A stretch of DNA of 24,402 nucleotides from Nitrospinota bacterium (GTDB taxonomy: Bacteria > UBA8248). The position numbers were made by a program, and so were the translations under genes. Shown piece by piece: positions 17,448 through 24,402 of this stretch; the first letter of the stretch is position 1; each line of letters starts with the position of its first letter. The notes below the pieces were generated by a model, which was not told where the DNA came from, ran no database searches, and was given only the letters and a program-made list of their open reading frames with translations. Where the stretch lies: the NCBI GenBank assembly GCA_030754595.1, contig JASLZZ010000033.1, positions 1 to 24,402 on the forward strand, given 5' to 3'.

Positions 17448-20400
17448 TCATGTCTTTACTAATTTTCCCTGAAGGTACAGCTTCATGAAGTCGCTTTCAT
17501 TGGCTGGGCTGGACCCCGTTCTGGCCGGCTTCCAAACGCCCTTTCCGCCCAAGCCACCGTGCTCAGCTTTGGCGATCCTGATCAGCGTCTCCTTGGGGAC
17601 CGAGTTGATAGCGTGGTTATCCGACTCGAAGCCAAAAGTAAAAGCCATTTCCACCTTCTTCTTATGGAAGAGGGAATCGGTCTGGTGCATGGGCATGAGC
17701 CAGGAAATGGTGACACTCTGCTGAGAGCCGTAACGGAAGCTGGCCTGATAGCCCGTGGGGGAGAGAGCCCTGCCATCGGATCTCTCCTCATGCGCCTTGA
17801 CCGACCGCTCTGTGGAGATGAAAGAGGCGTGCTTCATCATCGTGAAGTGGTAAGGAAAGGAGGGATTGTATTTGACCCGGAGCATCAGACGGGAGACCTT
17901 GTAGTAGAAATCACTAGGTTTGACGCCTATATAGGGGCGATTGGCCGGGTCGGCGTCTACATAGACGTAGTCCCCGTCGTTAATGCCCAGGTCCTTAGCG
18001 GCCTGGGGGTTCATGTTGATCTGCCAGTCATTCACGCCAGGTTGCCTTTTATCCATGCGGTAGGGGTCCCCGAAATTCTGGCTCCAGATCCAGTTCCAGT
18101 CCGTAACAGCCCATTGGGAATGGACAGTGTGGCGGCTCTTAGGAGTAGAGCATAAGAACCGGAAGCCCTTCTCCCACAATGGATTCATGGTTTCCTTCAC
18201 CTTGGACCAGGGGAGTTTGTTGTTAGCCACATGCCTTGACTCCCAGTCTAATCCGTTCCCTCGCAGAAGCATCTCCGGGGTGAAGCCGAAGTTGTCGGGC
18301 CTGATGAAGGGGTTGGTGCTCACGATGACATTGGGCATATAGGGCGTAGCCTCCGGCCCCTCCCGGTGGACAACAAAATTCTCACCGTGCGCGATGGCCT
18401 CTGGAATATCGCAGTAGGCGTTGAGCCTCCCAGTGTCTGTGTAGAAGGGGATGTTCTCGTCGACCTGCTCCCAGAAGGGTATCCGAGGATAGGTCCTGAA
18501 GAGCATCAAACTGCTGCCAGGTTCTCCGTATTTTCCGGCCAGGATGTCGCTCACTTCATAGCCTCGGCCGGTGGTGCTCCCGCTCACCAGGCGGTGGATG
18601 TAGACCTCCGTCTTCTTCTCCAGGGCGAATTTCCAGTAGTCTTTGAAGCGTTTGTCGCCTGTCAACTCAGCCAGTTTCTCAGCGACGGTAGCCATGATCA
18701 GCGTATCATCACGGGTGTCGTACAGGGGCTTGATCCCTCCCTTCCATATCTGGAGAAAGGGGTTGGAGCAGGAGGAAGTAACCTCATGGGTCTCGAACTC
18801 CATCCAGGAGTTGGCGGGCAGGACCACGTCGGCATACTCGGCGCTCCCCGTCATCTCGACATCCTGGGTGACGATCATGTCAATCTTGGGGTTGGTATTC
18901 TTGATAAGGTGATAGGCCCACTTGGCGTTGTTGATAAGGTTCACATTGGTGAACCATACCGACTTGCTTGGTGTCGGCAAATGGGTCTTGCCGGTGAACA
19001 GCTTTCGGCCGTACTTGGGGGTACGGACGATCAGGGGCTTTTCTCCGTGTGCCCAGTAGCCTACCTCCTCCCCCCTGGCGTAGGACCTTACTGGGACCTC
19101 CTTCGCATCGGCGGCCGGGTCGAGGTTAGGGTTGAAGGGATCCTCTGCGACCCACCCTTTGAAGCCAGGTCCGCTCCACTCGGAGGCCTGGAAATTGGCT
19201 GCCTTGTAATTACCGGCCCACGTGTGGGAGCCGGAGCCGGGCACGCCGATGCTCCCAACCAGCATCAGGGGTAGGTAGGTAGCGCGGTTGTGGAGGGTAG
19301 CGTGGAAGTAGTGGTTGATTCCCTCCCCGTAGTGGACGGCGATGGGGTAGGCTTCGCGGGGCTTCCCCAGAAAGTCGGGGTCCCAGAATCTCCTGCCGAA
19401 ATCCGCGGCCAGCTGCTTCAGAAGCTTCTTGGGGGCGCTGGTGATCTCGGAAACGGTCTCCAGGCCGTAGTCCCGCAGGTGGACTTTGTACATCTCCCAG
19501 AGGGTAAACACCTCCACCTGAGAGCCGTCCACCAGTTTCACATTGCCCTTCCACCCCAACTCGGGATCGATCCCTTTGGCCGTGAGTTGCTCTCCCACAG
19601 CATCCCGCGTGACGGCTTTAACGGAACCCGTCTTCTTGTCAAAAACCACGAAATCCCCCAGACGCCTGTACTGGTCCTCCTTCAGCCCCTGGATAGCAAA
19701 AGAGGGCCCGTCCTTGGAGAGGCCGGGCTTATAGTCGGGGAAGACCTCGTGGGCCCCAAGCCTCTTCAAAGTGTCGGCGCGAACGAGGATGGGGAAGTCG
19801 GTAAACTTCTTGACGAAGTCGTAGTCAACCCAGCCTTTGTCCATCAGAGTTTTCGTTACGTATAAGAATATGGAGGTGTCTGAAAGACCGGGGCGGACTG
19901 GGATAAAGTAGTCTGCCTTGCTGGCCGGCGGGTTATACTCGGGCGCGATGACCGCGATGCGCCCACCTCGTTCCATCATCTCAACGAAAAAGTGGGCCTC
20001 CGGCATCTTGTTCTCGATCATGTTTTTGCCAACGTGGACGGTAAACTTGGTATTTCGGTAGTCGTTGAGGTCTATGTCGGAGGTCTGGAGACCGTGGACG
20101 AAGGGGTGTCCCGGGGCCTGGTCGCCATGCCAGGTGTAGTTGGACCATTTTCGACCGCCCAGCGCCTTTTCTGGGCCCACGCCGCGCACATGGTCGTCGA
20201 CAAGAGCCATCATATTCGAGAAGCGGTAAAGCCCGTACTTGCCGATGACGCCCAGAAGTCCCATCCCACCGCGGAACTTCATCGTCCTGGTTCCCGCTCC
20301 CCCCCAGTATTCCAGCATCTCGGGGGGATACCCGTCCGCCTGAAGACGACGCTTGCCCTTTTCCCCGCTATAAGTTTTTGCGACGCTGATTAAGCCATTG

Positions 20401-20948
20401 CTCAGGTAGGTGCTGACCTCATCCCAGGAGGCGCGTACAAACTCGTCTGTCCCCCGGCTGGTGAACTTGTATTTCGTCCGAAGCTCAGGATTATCGCTTA
20501 AGGAAGGAAAACCATCATCGGCCCACCTTTTCCAGCCCTTGCGGATCATGGGGTACTTCAGTCGGTAAGAGCCATAGACTCTTCTGTGAAAGGTATAACC
20601 CTTCAGGCACATCCTGGGGTTCCAATGGTGGGAGGCGTGGTTGCCATAGATGTCCTTGATCCTATGATTGTCGTAGTTCTGCTCGAGGCGCATCACCACG
20701 CCGTTTCTCACGAAGGCCCGCACCCGGCAGGCGTGGGTGTCATTTGGGGAGCAGACGTAAGTAAAGGTCCCATCGGACCGATACTGATCATGATAGATCT
20801 CCTCCCAGTTCCTAACGGGATAGGTTTCCAACGGATTTGCGACCTCGGTGGCAGGCCTGAGCGTCCGAAAGGCAAAGGCATTCTCAGCAAAGACCAGCCC
20901 AGTTCCTGCTGCCGCAATCCCTAAAAATTTCCTCCTCGTCAGATCCAC
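17448..20948 (-). CDS. nxrA: Nitrite oxidoreductase / nitrate oxidoreductase alpha (Mo-bis-PGD) subunit, Tat-exported
   Basis: GTG start with GGAGGGG RBS, Tat motif LTRRKFLG, FS0 motif C-x3-D-x3-C-x39-C (CSPNDTHAC...MCLKG), WSNYTWHGDQAPGHPF with the Mo-ligand Asp, and TPKSRHTVHSQW. Confidence 0.96.
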   Translation of the reverse strand: MDLTRRKFLGIAAAGTGLVFAENAFAFRTLRPATEVANPLETYPVRNWEEIYHDQYRSDGTFTYVCSPNDTHACRVRAFVRNGVVMRLEQNYDNHRIKDIYGNHASHHWNPRMCLKGYTFHRRVYGSYRLKYPMIRKGWKRWADDGFPSLSDNPELRTKYKFTSRGTDEFVRASWDEVSTYLSNGLISVAKTYSGEKGKRRLQADGYPPEMLEYWGGAGTRTMKFRGGMGLLGVIGKYGLYRFSNMMALVDDHVRGVGPEKALGGRKWSNYTWHGDQAPGHPFVHGLQTSDIDLNDYRNTKFTVHVGKNMIENKMPEAHFFVEMMERGGRIAVIAPEYNPPASKADYFIPVRPGLSDTSIFLYVTKTLMDKGWVDYDFVKKFTDFPILVRADTLKRLGAHEVFPDYKPGLSKDGPSFAIQGLKEDQYRRLGDFVVFDKKTGSVKAVTRDAVGEQLTAKGIDPELGWKGNVKLVDGSQVEVFTLWEMYKVHLRDYGLETVSEITSAPKKLLKQLAADFGRRFWDPDFLGKPREAYPIAVHYGEGINHYFHATLHNRATYLPLMLVGSIGVPGSGSHTWAGNYKAANFQASEWSGPGFKGWVAEDPFNPNLDPAADAKEVPVRSYARGEEVGYWAHGEKPLIVRTPKYGRKLFTGKTHLPTPSKSVWFTNVNLINNAKWAYHLIKNTNPKIDMIVTQDVEMTGSAEYADVVLPANSWMEFETHEVTSSCSNPFLQIWKGGIKPLYDTRDDTLIMATVAEKLAELTGDKRFKDYWKFALEKKTEVYIHRLVSGSTTGRGYEVSDILAGKYGEPGSSLMLFRTYPRIPFWEQVDENIPFYTDTGRLNAYCDIPEAIAHGENFVVHREGPEATPYMPNVIVSTNPFIRPDNFGFTPEMLLRGNGLDWESRHVANNKLPWSKVKETMNPLWEKGFRFLCSTPKSRHTVHSQWAVTDWNWIWSQNFGDPYRMDKRQPGVNDWQINMNPQAAKDLGINDGDYVYVDADPANRPYIGVKPSDFYYKVSRLMLRVKYNPSFPYHFTMMKHASFISTERSVKAHEERSDGRALSPTGYQASFRYGSQQSVTISWLMPMHQTDSLFHKKKVEMAFTFGFESDNHAINSVPKETLIRIAKAEHGGLGGKGVWKPARTGSSPANESDFMKLYLQGKLVKT

Positions 20949-21120
20949 GTCTCATCCCCTCCATTCCTTGGCCTGGCTTTCCGGTTTAGCGAATCTCCCT
21001 CTCCCTGGGTCCGCTCCGGGAATGTGGCCATAGCACACAAAAAGTACTTCCTCCTCTTGGCCAGGACCCTGCGACCTGGCCGCAAACGCGGTGAGGCGAA
21101 CTCTCTTCAGGTCCTCCCGT

Positions 21121-22677
21121 CTATTCGATCCGCAGCTTGTACCAGGTGGTGACGGACTTCTGGCCGTCGCGGTCGCGGTGGCTGCCGTCCCAAACGGCGA
21201 AGGCGATCGGGTGGACCGTTCCGGGAAGGAGCTTGGCGTCGTTCTCATCGGCGCTCCTGAGGGTGCGGGTGAAGACGACGCGCCAGCGGCCTTTCTCCCA
21301 CCGGCCCGAGCCGACCACGTTTTGTCCCTCCGGCCCCTGCGGATCCAGGGTCCCGAAGCCGGCGGCGTTGATGTCCATTATCGCGCGGGCCCGGCCCGGC
21401 GTGGTGGTCGGGTTGCCGGCCGCCCAAGCCGCGATGAAGAGCCGCTTCGTCATCCGCGCGGAGGGGATCCTCTGATGTCCAATCTGCCTTTGCTGGTAGG
21501 CGACCCCCGTGAAGGGATAATCGTCCACCACCATGCCCGGATACTTCGCCTCGAGGCCGGCAGGCTTGCGTCCGAGTGTCGCGTTCCAGTACCAGATATT
21601 CACCAGGTTGTCGGGAGCACCCATGACGAAAAGGGGTGGATCCTTTTCGCGGATGGAAAACTGCACCGCAGCGGCGTCCATGAAAGACTCGCCGGTGAGG
21701 ATCTTCCTGTCGGGGGTGGCGTCGGCCCATTCGAGGCGGAAAGAGATCTCCCTCTCGCTGTGGATGGCCCGGACTTCCACCTCTAGGGACGGTCGCCCGT
21801 CGTTGAAGAGCTGCATCATCGGAATCACGGTAGGAACGACCCGGGTCCATCGGACGTCATTCGGTGACGTGGGAACATTTTGGATCCTCCGTGCCGGAAT
21901 GACCCCCGTACCGGGCTGCCAAAAATCACGCCCTTTGGAGGACTGACGGACAAAATGGGCCAGCGCGATCAGATCGTTCGGCTCGACAGTATCCGAGTAG
22001 GAGGGCATGGGCGTCCCTTCCATCCCCGTCAGGATGCGCGTTGCGATGGAGCGAATATCCCCCCCTCCCTTGAAAACGCCCCGCGTGTAGTCTCTCGCCC
22101 GAATAGGCCGCCCCTTGTAATCCTTGAGCGAGGAGGCGCTGGGCCCGTCGCCCTTCCCTTTCTCGCCGTGGCATTTCGCGCACTCGTACTTTTTGAAGGC
22201 GGCCTTCCCCTTGGCGATCCATTCCTTCGATACGGGCGGAAATTTGGGGAGCTCGACGAATTCCTCTGCAGCGTCCTCGAACCCGGCCAGGGAGAGCACG
22301 TACTCGGCGACCGCCCGCCGGTCGCTCTCACCCAAAGAGACAAAGCTCGGCATGGTCGAGCCCGGTAGGCCGAGGGTCAGGGTCCGGACGATATCAGAGC
22401 GGTTGGGAGGTTCCCCGGGAAGCGTGGTGCGGATCTTGAACATCTTCGAGGTTAAATCCCGCGGCCTCGGAAAGAGGAGGTAGGCACCTTCGCCGTCTCC
22501 TTTGCCGGAGGGCCCGTGGCAGACTGCGCATTCGCGCGCGTAGACGATCGTGCCGCGAGAGACGAGCTGAGGAACGAGCTTTAACTTCGCGGCTCCGACC
22601 GATGCATAGGAACCAAAGAAACCTATGGACATGAAAATCGCTGCGACAAAGAATTTTAGGACCATGATCCATCCCAC
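21121..22677 (-). CDS. Dihaem cytochrome c + EbdC-like haem b domain; NXR gamma-subunit candidate, paralog of 13510-15084
   Basis: N-terminal signal or anchor, CAVCH, CAKCH, FVMGAPDNLVNIWYW and WDGSHRDRDGQK. Confidence 0.9.
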   Translation of the reverse strand: MGWIMVLKFFVAAIFMSIGFFGSYASVGAAKLKLVPQLVSRGTIVYARECAVCHGPSGKGDGEGAYLLFPRPRDLTSKMFKIRTTLPGEPPNRSDIVRTLTLGLPGSTMPSFVSLGESDRRAVAEYVLSLAGFEDAAEEFVELPKFPPVSKEWIAKGKAAFKKYECAKCHGEKGKGDGPSASSLKDYKGRPIRARDYTRGVFKGGGDIRSIATRILTGMEGTPMPSYSDTVEPNDLIALAHFVRQSSKGRDFWQPGTGVIPARRIQNVPTSPNDVRWTRVVPTVIPMMQLFNDGRPSLEVEVRAIHSEREISFRLEWADATPDRKILTGESFMDAAAVQFSIREKDPPLFVMGAPDNLVNIWYWNATLGRKPAGLEAKYPGMVVDDYPFTGVAYQQRQIGHQRIPSARMTKRLFIAAWAAGNPTTTPGRARAIMDINAAGFGTLDPQGPEGQNVVGSGRWEKGRWRVVFTRTLRSADENDAKLLPGTVHPIAFAVWDGSHRDRDGQKSVTTWYKLRIE

Positions 22678-23157
22678 TCAGTTGGAATACGGAACGGTTC
22701 TATCCTCTTCTTGCCATCCTAAGGAGGCCCGCTCTTCAGCTGCCGAGGGGAGAAGTTCCCCGCATGAAACATCGGGCACCACACCTTCTTCCGTCTTAAG
22801 CCCTATCTTTTCGGCCTCGATGAAATCGGAGAGCAATCGGGCCGCGGCGGCGTAGCGGAAGCACGCCGCCAGACGGGTATAGATGCGGCCCCTCGCCAGC
22901 GAGATCATCCTCTCGGAGACGTTCGGGGAGTTCATAACGCCCCTCCTCAAAAGCTGTTCAGCCGCCCAGTCGACCGTCTCCTCATCAAGGCTCGGAAACA
23001 GAGCCCGAAACTCCGCGGCCCTCCGCTCGCGCACGCCCTCGGGGAGCTTGGTCTTCCTCTCGGGCCTGCCGTCCACGGACAGATCCCAGAGAGTACGGTA
23101 CCGATCGCGGAAGAGAAGCTCCTCTTGAAGTACATCAATCAACAGGGAATTGGCCAC
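22678..23157 (-). CDS. Hypothetical protein (159 aa)
   Basis: Fills the space between rrf2 (19-bp overlap) and the cytochrome gene (stop abuts its start). No motif recognised. Confidence 0.6.
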   Translation of the reverse strand: MANSLLIDVLQEELLFRDRYRTLWDLSVDGRPERKTKLPEGVRERRAAEFRALFPSLDEETVDWAAEQLLRRGVMNSPNVSERMISLARGRIYTRLAACFRYAAAARLLSDFIEAEKIGLKTEEGVVPDVSCGELLPSAAEERASLGWQEEDRTVPYSN

Positions 23158-23780
23158 GGGTTGACATCCACCGATTCAGAGGAAGAAATGTTTACCCCCT
23201 CCGTTTCGGCAGTAACGGTGCAACACTCAGATAACAGAACCTCGGGAGGGGGCAGGATCTCCATTTCCTCGGGCATGGGTTTGCCCCTTTTTTCCTCCAA
23301 ATTGTTCAAATCCGCGAAGTTCCGCCAAAAAGAGAGGGAGAAGATACTCTTGTTCTCCCCCCCCATCTCTCGTCTTTGCTTTGTGGCGATGACGATGTCG
23401 TGCAGATTGGTCTCGAAAAAGTCGTCCAGTCTCGCCTTCAGGAGTTTCCAGCGCTCGTGGAGGTGACAAGGTTTCTCCTCCGAGCAATCACGAAACCCAC
23501 AGGCAAAGTCCTCGAAAGGCCCCCTTCCCCCGATAGCGGACGCGATCCTCCCTAGGGATACCTCCTTGGGGGGAATTGCCATGCGGTATCCACCGCCAGG
23601 ACCCCTGCTGGATTTGATGATGCCGCCCCTCGAGAGCGCGCGAAGGGCCTTGGCAACGGTCGGCTTTGAGATCCCGGTGGCTAAGGCCAAATCTCGCCCC
23701 GTGTGGATATCCTTCCTATCCACCGCCATGTGGGAGAGGAGGCAAAGCGCGGTACTGGCAGGTTTCGAGTAGATGGGCAT
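23139..23780 (-). CDS. Rrf2-family transcriptional regulator with a C-terminal extension
   Basis: SKPTVAKALRALSRGGIIKSSRGPGGGYRMAIPPKEVSL and CGFRDCSEEKPCHLH, plus about 70 extra C-terminal residues. Confidence 0.92.
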   Translation of the reverse strand: MPIYSKPASTALCLLSHMAVDRKDIHTGRDLALATGISKPTVAKALRALSRGGIIKSSRGPGGGYRMAIPPKEVSLGRIASAIGGRGPFEDFACGFRDCSEEKPCHLHERWKLLKARLDDFFETNLHDIVIATKQRREMGGENKSIFSLSFWRNFADLNNLEEKRGKPMPEEMEILPPPEVLLSECCTVTAETEGVNISSSESVDVNPWPIPC

Positions 23781-23814
23781 AAGTCGCCCCCATCACAGGA
23801 AAGAAGAATCTCAT

Positions 23815-24059
23815 TAAGGATAATCATATGTCTCAATCCTGAATATATACTTCTGCCATTTACTTGCAAGCAAAAAATTGATATTTAAGGATATATTTAT
23901 GATTCTATCTTAAAATCTGCTTTCATTGTCATTTCCCGCAGCCGCAGGGTTGATACTTTAAGATAAACATATATATTTATCTTAGAATATATATTCCCCT
24001 TACTGTCTCCCCGCATCCGCAAGTTCGGTATAATAAGTTTAGCATATATATTTATCTTA
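23815..24059. promoter_or_regulatory. AT-rich control region with four phased palindromic boxes (putative Rrf2 operators)
   Basis: TAAG...ATC(C/T)T boxes start at 23815, 23886, 23959 and 24034. The best is TAAGATAAA-catatata-TTTATCTTA (23959-23984). Confidence 0.7.
23842..23869 (-). promoter_or_regulatory. Putative sigma70 promoter of the cluster (TTGCAA-N16-TATATT)
   Basis: Minus-strand -35 at 23864-23869 and -10 at 23842-23847, about 60 bp upstream of the rrf2 ATG and abutting the first palindromic box. Confidence 0.4.
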
Positions 24060-24133
24060 ATATACTTTTTGTAAAGGGCAGTCTAAAATCGTACCAGCAG
24101 GGCGGCATAAAAGTGTACCACCGGGTATGAGAA

Positions 24134-24157
24134 GAAGGGGGCCCGAGGGCCCCCTTC
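24134..24157 (-). terminator. GC-rich hairpin just downstream of istB (putative terminator)
   Basis: Perfect inverted repeat gaagggggccc-ga-gggcccccttc, 10 bp past the istB stop. The U tract is weak. Confidence 0.55.
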
Positions 24158-24167
24158 CTGGTCCTTT

Positions 24168-24402
24168 TCACTCCATTTCAGTGGTTTTCTGAGCCTCATT
24201 CTGCTTGTTTCGGTGCCGTTTTTCGCTTTGTTTGAGCCTGTAGCTCTCCCCGTTCATCTCGAGGATGTGGACATGATGTGTGAGGCGGTCCAGGAGCGCA
24301 CCGGTCAGGCGCTCTGAGCCGAATACCTCGGTCCACTCATCGAAGGGGAGATTGGTGGTCACCAGGGTGGAGGCCCGCTCATAGCGCTGGCTGAAGACCT
24401 CG
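24168..24402 (-). CDS. istB: IS21-family helper ATPase IstB (C-terminal part)
   Basis: EVFSQRYERASTLVTTNLPFDEWTEVFGSERLTGALLDRLTHHVHILEMNGESYRL, the canonical IstB C-terminus. Confidence 0.96.
   Translation of the reverse strand, partial: EVFSQRYERASTLVTTNLPFDEWTEVFGSERLTGALLDRLTHHVHILEMNGESYRLKQSEKRHRNKQNEAQKTTEME

Larger units (their letters stand above)
24070..24402 (-). mobile_element. IS21-family insertion sequence, istB-proximal end (continues beyond the window)
   Basis: TGT terminus at 24070, internal repeats gggcagtctaaaatcgtacca and gggcggcataaaagtgtacca, and the istB 3' end. Confidence 0.93.

Noticed and set aside
17448..20948. Cytoplasm-facing respiratory nitrate reductase narG, with narH/narI
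   Set aside because: It has a Tat signal and CSPNDTHAC rather than HGVNCTGSC, and there is no narI in the cluster.
20952..21248. 98-aa ORF upstream of nxrA, or a Moco riboswitch in this gap
   Set aside because: The ORF overlaps the cytochrome gene out of frame and has low-complexity sequence. Only one GC hairpin (about 21059-21081) is visible, with no recognisable Moco motif. An Rfam scan would settle it.
2590..23128. Long plus-strand ORFs (e.g. 3160-4509, 9781-11046, 12199-13161, 18366-19274)
   Set aside because: They are antisense shadows of GC3-rich minus-strand genes that carry clear motifs, and they have no recognisable domains of their own.
23815..24059. Palindromic repeats with a ~73-bp period as a CRISPR array
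   Set aside because: The repeats are degenerate and vary in length, two 'spacers' resemble each other, no cas genes are present, and the position is a promoter region upstream of a regulator.

Overview
Most of the window (1927-23780) is one minus-strand, tightly coupled ~22 kb gene cluster built around a periplasmic, Tat-exported Nitrospira/Nitrospina/anammox-type nitrite oxidoreductase. The core is nxrA, a small conserved-looking ORF, nxrB and a TorD/DmsD-type chaperone. Around it lie three paralogous dihaem cytochrome c + EbdC/NxrC-like proteins, two more membrane c-type cytochromes, a blue-copper-motif protein, a non-canonical cytochrome bd subunit I-like protein with no cydB in the window, an AhbD/NirJ-like radical SAM enzyme, a USP-rubredoxin protein and a scaffold-like protein. 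The last three share seven PCP_red (BchB C-terminal-like) domains. Rrf2 regulators sit at both ends, and an AT-rich leader carries four phased palindromic boxes. The cluster is bracketed by two similar 75-bp IS21-family ends in the same orientation (1512-1586 and 24070-24144, the latter attached to istB). This is compatible with a composite transposon carrying a whole nitrite/nitrate redox module. The left 1.9 kb is a mosaic of mobile-element scars. Host taxonomy and the in vivo reaction direction (nitrite oxidation versus nitrate reduction) cannot be determined from this window. All family assignments are by motif recognition, not database searches.
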